Shown here: positions 14,493 through 28,073 of the stretch, in pieces
How positions within the stretch are numbered: the stretch's first letter is position 1
Layout of the letters: the number at the start of each line of letters is the position of its first letter
NCBI GenBank assembly: GCA_010093705.1
Contig: MU006096.1
Coordinates: 173,558-237,557 of the forward strand
Direction: 5' to 3'
DNA length: 64,000 nt
Source: Patellaria atrata CBS 101060
Taxonomy: Eukaryota
Position numbers and translations under genes: made by a program
The notes under the pieces: model-generated
Seen by the model: only the letters and a program-made list of their open reading frames with translations
Database searches by the model: none
What the model was told of the DNA's origin: nothing

Positions 14493-17086
14493 ATGGGACC
14501 TAAGGTGTCCAATTCTAGTGAATTGTCAGCACACCAGGATGCGCCTCGTACGCCAGAGTGGGAGGACATGATATGTGCCAGGACTTACGGAGTTTGTTCT
14601 GAAGCTGAATCGACATCGGCTTGAAGTCAGGAAGATAAAAGATGATCTCATCTAAAGCGACGGGTAAGGTGGTTCTTTTATGTGCAGTAAGAGACCAGGT
14701 ACTATGGCGTTTATTGTACATACTCGTACAAGCTCGATCTTCTTGATCAACTCTCCATCTCAGCGGTGTGGTAGAAGACATGTCCTAAAAGTTTGACAGG
14801 TGGGGTAGGCATCTCGACCGAGGGTACAGCGCTCTCTTCCTGGGACAGCGTCACAGCAAATAACGGTCATTTCTTTTAAAGACTACCGATTTATATGTGT
14901 ATTGGATATAGAGGAAGAGTACGATGTATGATATGGGGTCCTGGCTCAAATCAGGCAACATCTAGCTTGAGGCAGCATTAGTTTTATATCACTTGTTTCT
15001 TTTGCTACTTTACCTGATATCCAGATTCATGTCATCGCTTCGGACTGCACTTTGCTTACGCGGCCTAGGGATCTGCCCGTGAAAGTCTTTCTCCAATAGT
15101 ACAGAGATCCTCGCACCGTATCGAATCAACTCTCACCCAGCAGCGCAGAGGGTGCAGCAAAAGCATCACCGTACTCTTTCGCACCACAGAGGCTGCAGGC
15201 ACTTGCCTCGTTATGTACTGACGCACGTACTCTGAAACAACGCCGTTAGCCAACGGCGTGCTCGAGTACCATTTTCACCGTACTTGTGCGATTGCACGTT
15301 ACCATCGTTACAATCATTACGATGACAGGCTTTGGGGGATATCGATCTTTTCTGTATGTTATGAAGATTGCGGTGGTATGGTACTAGCTCCACCCGATCC
15401 TGGCAAATTCGATATAGGGGACAGCAATCGCTCGAAGACTTTATGACAGTCCCCTGACGCTTGAGAAAGTAAAACTGCGGATTGGGCGTAACACTGTGTC
15501 ACTTCGAGAGAAAATATCAAGTCCCAAAGACAGGGCCAACCCTTGCCGAGATGTGCAAAAGATCTCCCATACTCCTCCCATTCATGCATATTTACAAAGC
15601 CTGTCTTGCGAGCATACGGTATAGATGCTGCAAAGATCTTCGGGGACGGTCCGGTTTGAACTGCCTCGCTCATTAGGGCTGGTGAGGAACACGAATAAGA
15701 CAAGCTCTATCGCTGGAGTACTTGTAAACCGATCAAGGACTAAAAGAGATTCTCGCCTTTTGCAAGCTCCCGCTACGCTCGCTACCTACTACTATTCTCT
15801 GCTTACCGCGTTCTACTAGGTCGCAGAACTCTCAGCGCGATATAAATCACATGCTCATCTTCGTCTCTGGGAGCTGTAGTCGCTCCAGGACATATGAATG
15901 ATATCCGCAGACAAGACGCATGAGGGATCAAGCACAGCTGCTGCAGCAACACGCACCCTTGATGATCATCATAGGAAATATATTCTATAGATGAAAATGC
16001 TTAGGTACTGACGATAGGAGAGGTATGGTAGCCGTAGGAGGTTGTTTGAATAAGCGTCTCCCACCAATCAACGAAGCCGACATCCGGTTACCATTCAGCG
16101 AAGTCCGAACGTGCAGTTATTGGTTGCTAGGACAGGTACGAAGGTACTTCCGGTACGTACAACTACCTTGGACTGAGCGATACTGATTGACAGTTGCCAT
16201 AGTACAATAAGGTAAGTGTCTGCGGTGAATAGAAGTCCGATGATGAATGTCTGGGCATTTCGGGTGATGCGGGGAGAAAGGGGAGAGACCTGAGCGATGA
16301 CATCGGGTGGCTACCGTGACCGTTTCGTCTTCCGGCGCAAGGGGAGCTTGAGATATCATCGTATCCTGATTATTTTTCCAAAGTGTCTGCAGTATAGAAG
16401 CCAAATGTCTTGCATACCTTAGAACAAATATAGTTCTGATAAGGTATGGTTGGAGTAAGGTAGTAGGAAAGGGTCAATGAAAACACCTGCGTTTAAATGA
16501 TAGTGAAGGGGCCCGTGTGGGAGTTCCTGTGCCCTCCACTTTCAGTGCCACATGCCCCTGCAAAAGCACTGATCCTTCCATCCCGGCTCCTCCCTCCCCT
16601 ACCCGGCGCGGCAAAACTTACCGTTAACCTTATCCGCCAGGGGATGATGCTATAACGGTGTACTCCCAAGCTTAATCGGCTTGTACTGTACTGTACTATC
16701 CCTTCCTCTCGCTATGATCTTTCATACCCTTAGCTCCCTTACTGTGATGCACAACTGTGTCACCTTTAGGTATCCGCTGGTCTAAGTCTTCTACCTAATG
16801 CTCGCCTCGATGACATCGATCCTTCCAGGTATGTCCTGTAACCCCTTGGTCGGTTGGCGGGGCCGATGGTGTTGATGCTTGATGTTACCTACCTTTCTAT
16901 TACAGTGAGTATCAGCGGAGTCATAGGATAGTTGAGTCCGATTGCATTTTCTATATAGAATGTGGAATCCTCACTCGTATTTTGTCCTTCTGTAATACAG
17001 TAAGCTGCTTCTCGTACAACTCCTTCAAGTCTCATTTACTTTCAGACCTTTCAGTCGCAATCGATCTGTGCTATCAAACATTCACA

Positions 17087-18026
17087 ATGGCAGTAGGCAA
17101 TGGCACGACTGCTTCTACCCCCAGTGGCCCAAGCTATCTGCTTCATGGCAAGGTTGCAGTTGTCACTGGTTCTGGTAAGTGAGGCGACCCAGCTGGGTTC
17201 TTTTCGAATTTATGGCTTTCTAACAAGAACGTTAGGTCGCGGAATTGGCAAAGAGATGGCACTAGAGCTTGCGCGGAGAGGCGCAAAGGTCGCAGTAAAT
17301 TATGCGAATAGCTCGGAAGCCGCTGAGGAGGTTGTTAAAGAGATCAAGAAGATTGGCTCTGATGCTATCGCCATCAAGGCCAATGTTGCTAATGTTAAGG
17401 AGACCATTTACCTGATGGACAAGGTCGTTGAGCACTTTGGTAAGCTCGACATCTGCTGCTCGAACTCCGGTGTTGTTTCATTTGGCCATTTGAAGGATGT
17501 GACTGAAGAGGAGTATGACCGCGTCATGAGCATCAACACCCGAGGACAGTTCTTCGTCGCCCGTGAGGCGTACAAGCACATGGAAGAGGGTGGCCGTATT
17601 ATCCTGATGGGTAGCATCACTGGTCAAGCTAAGGGTGTTCCCAAGCACGCTGTCTACTCTGGTAGCAAAGGTGCAATCGAGACCTTCGCCCGGTGCATGG
17701 CTATTGGTGAGCGTCTCCAAGTATCCACATCGATATATTCAACTAACCAATTTGTTTTAGACTGTGGTGATAAGAAGATCACAGTTAACGTCGTTGCTCC
17801 TGGTGGTATCAAAACCGATATGTACCATGCCGTTTGCAAGGAATACATCCCCAACGGCGACAACCTGACGAATGAGGAAGTCGATGAGTATGCCGCCACG
17901 TGGTCACCCTTGAACCGGGTGGGCCAACCGTACGACATCGCGCGTGTCGTCTGCTTCCTCGCATCCGAAGATGGCGAGTGGATCAACGGCAAGGTCATCG
18001 GCATCGACGGCGCTGCTTGCATGTAG
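17087..18026 (+). CDS. THR1: Hydroxynaphthalene reductase, most likely 1,3,8-trihydroxynaphthalene reductase (SDR family; THR1/BRN1/BRM2); exons 17087-17174, 17236-17706, 17761-18026
   Basis: Spliced protein has [12 protein letters not shown] (NADP-binding TGxxxGIG), [11 protein letters not shown], catalytic YSGSK and PGGIKTDMY, and ends [12 protein letters not shown]-like ctatatag near 16951. Next to CMR1. Confidence 0.92.
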
Positions 18027-18740
18027 AAGTTCATCTTGCTGCTTATCTTCTCATCACATCACTTGAAACCCGATTCCCCTCCGCTCATCTCGTACCCCTT
18101 TCTTCACAATCGCGGAGATCCTCATCAAGCTATACTCAATGAAGGGCCTGGATGGCAGTATCGCTTTGGCAGTTTAGAATGGAGCATTCAGGCTCGCAGT
18201 TAGCGAGTCATATGGCGTTGTACATGCATTATTCAATTGTAATTTATTATTTATGCCATGTTTGAGGTTATCTTATGTGGCTATGGTTTGGATAGAACTG
18301 AATGGAGTCAAGTGAATCTCAAGTTTCAGTACCTGGTAAGACTTAGGTGTTTATTGGCACATTTGTGATCGCACTGGTGGACTGTTCAGTCATACTAGTC
18401 ACTGAGGTGTAGAAATTATCTCACCCTACTCCCTACGCTACATTGTATTAGGGGATCTCAGATCAATGGCTCTTTTGTCATGGATTCTTGTATTGGATGT
18501 GGTCTCTTTGTACATAATCATAGCCAAGCACCCTGCTGAGGCCCCTATTCCCCCTCTATACCCTTTAGGAACTGTGCGAAAGCCGTGTCGGGTGCCATCC
18601 TCTACTTGACGAGAGGAAACAGTGTCGCCACACGGATGGCTTCACTGTAACAATGATCTCGTAGTGAAAGAGAGCTGACCGTGCAATTGATTTGACAGGG
18701 CGACTGTACGCGCCAACGTATTAGAATAATGTCTCCTGAC

Positions 18741-18812
18741 CGTACAGTCCCTCCCGACTGTACTATCATTCCCCACTACACAGTCCCTCCCCTCTGTACA
18801 ATCTCTCTCCAT
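18741..18812. repeat. Degenerate 18-bp tandem repeat, 4 copies
   Basis: Units cgtacagtccctcccgac / tgtactatcattccccac / tacacagtccctcccctc / tgtacaatctctctccat. Confidence 0.6.
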
Positions 18813-19486
18813 CGATATACCACCTCCTTCGTCGTATAGCTGTCGCGGGATGGGCGAAGCAACGTACATAGACAAACTACCGGCCAATGTACCGCAAGGT
18901 TATAAAATAAATAGAATACCATTATACCCAACTTTCCAAAAATAAAGAAATTACACCTTTGATCTAGTGGATAATCTATCTTTTACCTGTCTTGAAGACA
19001 ACGCTCGGTATTTCACATTCTGATTACTCGTAGGGATACCTCAGCAACTACACGCTTGGAGTCGCAAGATACCCCGAGAGTCACCGGCAATCTTCCTGTC
19101 CTCCTAGAGAAAAATGTACGCCTCGATGATTAAGGGTTCTTTAGCTTAACCTGGAGAAAGTATTTCTTTATATTACGTTTTGATAAAGCGACACATGATC
19201 ACCGATGAAGTCGCTTCCGGGAACGTCTGACGATATCTCGAACGTATTCTTTACTGTTTCTTGTGAATTGGGCGCTTATGGTGAACCTTAGGAGAGATTA
19301 AATGTGTATGTTCACTTTTCCTAAGGTCACTGTGACGATGGTATCCTATAGGGGATTTTTCTTTATCAGGAAACGATCATACTAGAAGGTAAGGATTGGG
19401 TATCTGTTAGCACAACCTTATTCAAACATACCCTACCGGGCCGCTATTTATTCTCACGAAGCTTCCCAAACTCTGAGATATCCCCA

Positions 19487-20575
19487 TCATAACGCAAAAC
19501 CTTGTTCGCCTCTCTGTCCTATACCTGCCTTCAGTCCTGCCTTCAGATCCCCCCAACTCACTCCTTCTCCATTCCCGCGTTGTGCCAACTTCTGATCCGG
19601 TAACTCCTTCCCGACCTCAATAGCGTCGGTAATCTTCCCTAATGCCAATTTCCGCATGTATACTGTCTCCGTAGCTCCTACTAATTGCCTTCCCTCACCA
19701 TGGAGCAAATAGTCTTCGAACCACTTCTCTTCATCCTCATTCATCGGGAACTCAACGACTTCAATACCATTGTCCGGCCGGTCTTTACGGGAATGGGTCA
19801 AAACCGAGCTGAGTATGGTTTTCAGGAGCTCCCTGTGCGTTGTGGGTGGATGCTGCCGGGCGAAAGAGAACGCTCGGGCCGGCGAAATCTTGGACAGATG
19901 TGCAACAAAGCTGTATAGGAGATCTCCCGATAGGGAGGGAGTCATGGTGTGGTAGTATGGGAGAGCTAGGGAGGGTTCGTGAGATAGGAGGGCGGAGAGG
20001 ATTTCGGGGGAGAAGGTGGAGGGAACAGCTGGGGTTGCGAGATGATTGAGTGCGTTCTGTCTAGCGTTAGTTGGTTGAATTGACGCGTTATCCCGTGCCG
20101 AGTTGAGCTCAAGAATGCCCCAAGGGAGGGTTTCACTGACTGTGAATTGGAAGTTGTCCATGAGCCAGAGTCCAGACAACACGATGTAGAATTGCTCTGG
20201 TAGGAACACAGCTCTGTAGAAGTCTTCGGATGGGTCATTGCTTTTCGACGCGCAGTCTTTTAAGATGTAAAATAGAAGAGATTGCTTGTAGTGAGCTGCT
20301 AATGGTGCATTAGCGATAGCGGTGTGAATTTCCCTCAGGTTATGGTTCGTCTGAGGAGGATAGAAACGAAGCACTATATGTTTGTAAGTAAACGTTCTAA
20401 TGTACAGTTAACCCCAATATCTACCGTCAAGCTGCAGGGTGTCGAACAGTCGATCTATGAAGAGCTTGCCTTCAAGCTGTCGCCGTCGGTGAAGGATGCT
20501 CCCATATTTTTCGCGTGGATACGTGTAATCCGGATTGAAGCTAAACACCTCGTCATAATTGTTGAAGTCGAGCAT
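19487..20575 (-). CDS. ELYS-like nuclear pore complex assembly protein; introns 20374-20424 and 20057-20140
   Basis: Exon 1 read manually (MLDFNNYDEVFSFNPDYTYPREKYGSILHRRRQLEGKLFIDRLFDTL) splices to YPPQTNHNLRE...KQSLLFYILKD...GLWLMD...ALNHLATP...EEKWFEDYL, the pattern I recognise for fungal ELYS-domain proteins. Confidence 0.8.
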
Positions 20576-22318
20576 TGTGGTTAATCACAGCTAGCTTTCC
20601 CTTCTAGTTCCTTTTTGAAGTGAGGTTGCGCTGCGAAAGGCGCGGACGGAAACCCTCCGCGACATGTGAATTCGCGAGCAGCTCGCGACTGGTGCAGCAC
20701 TATAAGTTTCCTTTGTACGTGCCGATATACTGAATCTCGACAGAGATGTATGTAATGCTTAAATGTCTCTTTGCAAACTCACAATAATGAGTGGATATAT
20801 AACGCATTTTCAATTGGCTAACAGTTGCAAGCTCGTTTCCATTTCCTCTGCAATCGGAGCGAAATGGGGGTTTCGATGCCTCGTCTGACTTCAGTAGAGG
20901 CACTAATGGGGCTCGTACTATAATCTCATATGACTTATTATAATTGTGTAGGATATTATATTATGTATGTAATCTCCTTACCTCGGAGTCCATATTCCTT
21001 GATTGATCACTATCCAAATGCACATGAAGTGGAATCACTGCAACCAGATAACTGCACGAGTTCAAAACGTTATTTTTCTTTGTGCAAACTTTGATTGAAC
21101 TTGTTGAGTTTCTTTTTCTTTTCGCACTGCTTCAGTGTATGGACCTTCTGTCATTCGTGTAGTTATCTCAGACGATCTAAAAAGTTTGGAGTACACTTTT
21201 CTTGAACCAAAGGCTCTTGAATGACTACTTGAACTCCAAAGTGTCATAAATACATGAAATGCGATTCCCGTCTCGGGGCTCCTTTTCCACCGGTGACGGA
21301 ATAGCAGAATCGGGGGCAGATTAAGAGTTAGTGGTCTATCATTCCTCTGTACACCTTGATCCTTGTTTGCGGAGATATCTGAACCTTTCTATTACTAAGT
21401 CTTCTCACGTGACCGAGTATAGAGCTGATGTGCACCGGAAATACAACAAGATTATGTGATCGCCAGAGAACGGATTGGAAAAGGGGTGCAGAAGGTCGAA
21501 ACCGGCTCGTGAGGTTTAGGTAGAGATTGTTCTACGAGTCAGGAAACTAATATAGTTGTCGAAGTGATTCATTATATGCGCGTGACTTTGCATTCTTCGA
21601 ATACGGATGGTACTATAGACGCTAGATAATGCGTATCGACGGAGGGTGGTATATCATATATGGTATCGTACTACAGAGAGGCAAAAACGCCGGCCCAAAT
21701 GCGCGCAAGATTATATCCTGGTTAGATTAGCAACTTGGGGAGAATATATTAGGAGATACTTGACGGACAGCTTCCCCTCATATGCTCAGCATCATTCTCT
21801 CTGTTATCCTCTCTCGCCTCCGCAATCATGGTGTCGATGCCACGTTCCTTCAATGCTTTCTTCTCACCTCAGTTATCTTGAAATTATTTGCTCCACGAGG
21901 GAATTACCATTAAACACTGGTTGTACTGTTTGAAAAGCGGTTCACATTCATTCGTAGTCGCATTTCCGCGTAGGAATTCTTGCATAGTATGTCAGAATAA
22001 GGCCCTTGTTCCGTGAGGATGTTGCCACAAACTTTCGCTATACCATTTTAGAAAGCAATTGTCGTAACGCCTGGGTTCTGTCAGTGTATCCATACTTGAA
22101 CTACCATAAAGATAAGACTCAACTCTTTTACTTCGTTGCATTCGGGTGCTAGAGATGCGGACATGCTTGGGCTGTGGAAGTTGTAATATGACGACTTATT
22201 GAAGCCCCATGCTGAAAGGAGCTTAAGAGGGCGGCTTGGCATCTCCGTCCGCAACCGCGACTGGAAAGCTTCCAGATACCAGAGCTCTCCCCGAGCTCTT
22301 TTACTCCACATTCCAAAG

Positions 22319-23270
22319 ATGCTGAAACTCTTAGCTCGTCCACTTACACCCGTTGGGTGTAGAAATGTGGCTCGACTATGTTTACGGTCGATATCAAATT
22401 TTGCAGGACATGGCTCGGTTCCCTCCCGCGCAGCGATTCCTATGCCATTTGTCACCGAGACAATTGTAAGGTTCCCCTCAATCAAGGAACAAGATCAAAT
22501 AAACTGACTGGCTAGGGAGGTGGCTGGCATACATGTACGCCTTTGTTGCGCAGGATTGTTTCACAGCAATTAACAAATTGGTCCAGATGATATATTCTCC
22601 CGGCTTCTGAAGGTACTTACAGCGCTTGCGATCTATCACAGACAATAGAGTAATGTCATGTTATATAGGAACGTATAGTCTGTCTCAATGGACAAGTTGA
22701 CGATGTAGTATCAGCGTCTATTGTAGCCCAGCTCCTATTCCTCGAAGCAGAAGACCCGGACAAAGGGATCAGCTTGTATATCAACTCGCCAGGAGGTTCA
22801 GTAACAGCAGGTAATTAGAAGAAGATACAATACTTGAACACTCGGAGTAGAAATCTAATACTGGCTAAGGACTTGCAATCTACGATACGATGACCTACAT
22901 TCGTTCCCCAGTTACGACAATTTGCGTCGGACAAGCCATGAGCATGGGCTCCTTGCTATTATGTGGAGGCGCCGTTGGATCACGCTTTTGCTTACCGCAT
23001 AGCTCTATCATGATCCATCAACCTAGTGGAGGCTATACAGGACAAGCGTCAGATATTGCTATACATGCCAAGGAAATTTTGAGGATCAGGGGAGAATTGA
23101 ACAAGATATATCAGAGGCATCTAACAAAACCCCATACTTTGGAGGAAATTGAAAAGCTGATGGAGCGCGACTATTTCATGGGCGCTGATGAGGCTTTGGC
23201 TATGGGACTGGTTGATAAAATTCTCAACAAACGGGAATCAGAATCTGATAAGGATGACAAAAAGGACTAG
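22319..23270 (+). CDS. CLPP: Mitochondrial ATP-dependent Clp protease proteolytic subunit; exons 22319-22465, 22516-22534, 22587-22612, 22669-22810, 22870-23270
   Basis: Arg-rich presequence, [42 protein letters not shown], catalytic motifs AMSMGS, MIHQP and ERDYFM; exon phases are consistent. Confidence 0.95.
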
Positions 23271-23364
23271 ATCTCCTATAAGATGTAAAATAAAAAATAT
23301 TAATGTAAGAGAGTGAAAATGTCACGTCTATGAATCAAAACTTCTACTTTAAAGCTCGTTTATT

Positions 23365-23420
23365 AATCACGTGATCGTGTTTTTTCATCGTGCTACTTTT
23401 CGCGTGTTTCGGCGCGTTGA
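23365..23420 (+). promoter_or_regulatory. Candidate E-box (TCACGTGA) and MCB/SCB-like CGCG elements upstream of SMC6
   Basis: tcacgtga at 23367-23374; ttttcgcgtg and ggcgcgtt at 23397-23418, about 70-120 bp upstream of the ATG. Confidence 0.4.
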
Positions 23421-23483
23421 GAAGAGCACCCGAGAAACTCGACCCATTTTTTGAACCACCATATCCCACTTCTACCCCCTACA

Positions 23484-26400
23484 ATGGCGTTCACGCGACC
23501 TGGAAAGCGTCCTCGAGCGCAAACTGCAGACGAAGAGATTGTTGAGGTTGTCACAGCGTCCTCTAATCTCAAACCTGGCAGTGCAAGTTTATCTAAGAGT
23601 CTCCTCTATTAGCTGTAGGCTGACCCTGTGCAGCATAAACGACCTCGCCTATCTGCTGCTTCCGACGATGATGGCTCTGAATCGGAATCAGTATCAGAAG
23701 ACTCCACTGAAGCGTCAGGTGAAAGTGATGCTGAATATTCGGGCTATGATTCAGACATGCAAGAGGAGGTTAATAAGCTCCATACCCAAATAGATGCACG
23801 CCATAACGGGCAGCGCTATACGGAGAATAGGCCGGCCGATGATAGTATTGTTGAGGAAATCAAATGCATCAACTTTATGTGTCATTCGAAGTTGACGGTA
23901 CCATTGGGTCCTCTAATTAACTTCATTATCGGTCACAACGGTAGCGGTAAAAGCGCCGTGTTGACTGCATTAACGTTATGCTTAGGAGGTAAAGCGACTG
24001 CCACGAATCGTGGCCAGAACCTGAAAAGTTTTATCAAAGAAGGACAAGATTCTTGTACTCTCTCGGTGCAACTGAAAAACCAGGGTAGTGGTGCATACCG
24101 ACCGGACCTTTATGGGAAGTCTATTATCGTGGAGAGACATTTCTCCAAAACCGGATCTAGTGGGTTCAAAATCAGAAACGCGAAAGGGAAGGTTATCTCT
24201 ACCAAAAAGCAAGAACTCGAGGACATCACAGATCATTTCGCACTGCAGCTGGATAACCCGGTGAATGTCCTTACTCAGGATATGGCACGCCAGTTCCTGA
24301 ATTCATCGACCCCGAAGGATAAGTACAAATTCTTCTTTAAGGGGACCCAGCTGGAGGCACTCGACCAGGACTACAAGATGTTTCAGGAAACATTAGAAGG
24401 CACCGAGGCTAAGCGGGAAGACCTGGAGGCAATTATTGCGCACCACAAGAAGGAGTTAGATCAAGCAAACCAAGACCTAGCTGCTTGTGAGCAACATGCA
24501 ACCTTGAAACGAAAACTTGACTCCATGCGGCGGCAGATGATTTGGAGTCAAGTTATTGGCGAAGAGAAGGTCAGTCTTCTAAGTGATGGTATGAATACTT
24601 TTTATGCTCTAACTTTTCTCCCCAGTTGCTAGAAGAGAAACAGTGTCAGCTGGAACAAATAGAGGAAGAAATTTCTCAAAAGCAACATGAGGCAGAGCTG
24701 GCTCAAGCAAGGTATAACGATGCAAACAACATGTACACACAGGCAAGTCAAGCTGTAATTGACCTTAAGGACTCACTACGACCGTGTGAGGAACGCAAGG
24801 AACCGATCAAGGATCAGTTCGACAAAAACAAGGCGGAACTGACCCAGCTCCATGTATGTTCCCTATTTATTTTTTCAAGAATATTGTAATCTTATTTTCG
24901 GCTAAGACACCATTAGAGCCAGCAAAGACAGATCAAGGGTTATATCGAACAAGCCAAGAAGGTTATTGATCGATTAACCCGAGAGATTCGAGAAGAGCTC
25001 GAGCGCATGGAAAGCGCAAACGGCGGCCAACATGCTGCCAAACTGAATGAGTTACAGGATGCTAAGCTCCGTGTAGAAGAAGCAAGGCATGAACTTAATG
25101 AACATGGGCCCCAGAGAAGGAGACTCGAGGAGCGACTTAAAGCAGCACAACAGGAATCGGATAGTGGACTCGAAACGTGTAAGAATAAACAGAAGGAAAT
25201 CGCAAACGGGGAGAGACGTATACAGGAGATTTCCAAGGACGAAGGACGATGGACTCAAGGCTACGACCGAGCCTTGCCCGCTCTTCTGGACGCTATCAAT
25301 AGGGAGTCTGGATTCAGGGAAAAGCCTGTCGGACCTCTAGGTCGGCATATACGATTACTGAAACCAGAATGGTCCTCAATACTGGAATCTTCATTTGCTA
25401 CAGTTCTGAACAATTTTGTTGTGACAAACAAGCCAGATTCAGATCTATTAGGTGCCCTGATGAGGCGTACCAAATAGTAAGTTTCACCTTGGTAGACTCT
25501 CTCGTTTCTCCGAGTTTACGGACTAACCGTAAGTCAGTCACGCTTCCGTTATCATTACAACAAAGCGTCCTATAGATACCACTGGACACGAGCCAGATCC
25601 ATTGTTGGTAACATGGTTAAAAGTTCTGAAAGTAAGTGAACGTCCTCTGTGGGCTATCTATTACTGACCATTTAAAGATCGATAATGATCTCGTCAGGAA
25701 TAGCATAATTATTAACCAACAGGTTGAGCAGACCGTACTCATCGAGGATCGTAATGAAGCCATGCTTTTTATGGGTCGGGATGGGAACGCGAGACCGCGC
25801 AATGTCAGATTATGTCTGACTATGTCGGATGACAACAAGAACATGGGCTTCCGCATCGGATATTCTGGCTCGGGCCAGCTGAACTCACAACCAATCAAAG
25901 CTTGGGAGACCCGAAATCGAATGCAAACTGATAGAGAGTCTCAACTAAGGTTTGTCACATAAAACATATCATACGATAGATCTGACCTTATTACAGCATA
26001 GCGCGAGATTCGGTCCAGAGACTTAGGCAGGACATGGATGTTCTAAAGGCCCGTCGTCGTGACGCTGAAATAGAGGTTAAAAATTGTAACGACGCGATTG
26101 GCAGACACATGAAAGAGTACAACCGCCTCAAAATTCAAGTCCAGCATGCGGAAGAACAGGTCGACCGGCTAAAGGATGAGCTCGACGCCGATACTCCTCA
26201 GCAGGGAAAATTAGACGCGTTGCAAACCGCTCTTAAAGAGGCTGAAGCAGATCGTGAGATGCAAAATAATACATACGGTGATGCTGTCAATGCAAAAGAT
26301 GCTCTAGGTATCCAACAGCGAGATCTTAAACAACAAATGGACGAGATTCAAGAGGAGATCGATGAAATCCAGATGAGGATCTCGAAAGCAGAGTCCACTC

Positions 26401-27368
26401 AGAGCAGGGCCCTAGAAGCGAGACGTGTAGCGTTGCTCGCTAATAACGAAGCTCACAACCTTGTTGAAGAAGTGGTTAAGCAAAAGCAAAGGCTACAAAC
26501 CGAACTGAACGAGCAGCAGGAGGTGGTTACTACATTTGTTAACCAAGCAGAGAATGTGTGTCGACGCGTTGCTATTGAGGGAAATCTCACACATGAGCAG
26601 CTCGAGATAAAATACGATAGACTGCAGAAGGATTATCAAGCAGCCCAGAATAGGTTGGGTGGGACTGAGGAAGAAATCACACAGCGTGCTCTAAACGCAA
26701 AAGAGACGTATGTTTCCGCGAAAGAACAATTCGACAGTAATGAGAGAGTGACGGAGTCTTTGAAGCTCACTTTGGTGAATCGACAAGCACGCTGGAGACG
26801 GTTCCAGGAGTTGATATCCCTCAATGCGCAGACAACATTCACGCGTCTTCTCGCGGTGCGTGCTTTCCGAGGACAGATTCAATTCGCGCATAATCGAAAG
26901 GAACTTGATCTTGCTGTAAGTGACTATAAACGGTGGTCTTAAAGAGTGCTGATGGTGATTAAATTCTTAGGTTGAGCCTGACATTACGAAAGCTAGTAAC
27001 AAAGGAAGGCAGACGAAGACTCTGTCCGGCGGAGAGAAATCATTTTCAACAATCTGTATGCTTTTGGCGTTATGGGATGCGATGGGTTCACCAATCCGCT
27101 GCTTGGATGAGTTTGACGTGTTCATGGACAGCGTCAACCGTGATATCAGTATGAAGATGATCATTTCTGCGGCCCGTGAAGCCGTTGGTCGCCAGTTTAT
27201 CTTTATCACCCCACAATCCATGGGAAACATCACGGCGGGCGACGATGTGAAGATCATCAAGTGAGTATGCCCGAGTTGAGTTTTTACAGATATTGGACTA
27301 ACGGGTATAACAGGATGAGCGACCCTGAACGTGGTCAAACAGCACTTCCGTTCACACAGCAGTCATAA
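23484..27368 (+). CDS. SMC6: Structural maintenance of chromosomes protein 6 (Smc6/Rad18), multi-exon
   Basis: Walker A GHNGSGKS, long coiled coils, hinge PVGPLGRHI, signature LSGGEKSFS, Walker B/D-loop CLDEFDVFMD and QFIFITPQ; last exon ends PERGQTALPFTQQS-stop. Confidence 0.95.
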
Positions 27369-28073
27369 ACCACTGACCTTATTTCTTTTGGCGTTTAGGT
27401 GGACGTTGATGTTGCATTTACCCCGGAACTTGGGGATTAGGAGGATGATCTGTTTTTCGATCGATCTTCCGTAGATATCTGCACGATTGCCTGCATGAGG
27501 ATCTTTGGCCTGGCTTATTTCCGTGTTTATTATTCTTCTTGTACTACTATACCCTTCTCTGAGTTGTTCGGAGGCTTCTAAATGGTCGGTTGAAGTGGGT
27601 TTTCACACATGTATAGAGGGTTGCGGTGAGACGTGGGAGAAATGGGTAATGCCATGTTGAAGGCCGCTTATCGAGGTATACATGTGATTATATTAGCTAT
27701 GCCACATGCGAAATCTACCTTATACATTAATGATGGAGGTACAAAGTACCTTACACCGCTGAACGCGCCAAATCGGTTTCCTAACTTTTCTTGGTTGCTA
27801 TGCAGTGCCGCCTTCGTGTGTTTGGCGAGGTTGACGGGAGCACACGCCTCTACTTCTCACTTCCACTTCAACGTTGATCGTTGCTCCAACACCTGCTCAC
27901 CAAAAAGGACAACAAGCAACTTCACGCTTCCTACGTTCTTTGTCAAGCGAAAGTTGGACTAAACATCGCTGAATCTCCTATATTGCCTTCCATGCGCTTC
28001 CTTGTGGAGCAAGGGCCGCTGCTCCTTCTCCACGTGTTGCGCCTGCTCTTTAGCTCACATCATCGTTGAAACA

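Noticed and set aside
17100..17235. N-terminus of the 308-aa ORF (MARLLLPP...)
   Set aside because: Wrong frame of exon 1 plus intron 1; the true start is 17087
18642..18887. ORF with GRDC repeats
   Set aside because: Translation of the 18-bp tandem repeat; no coding support
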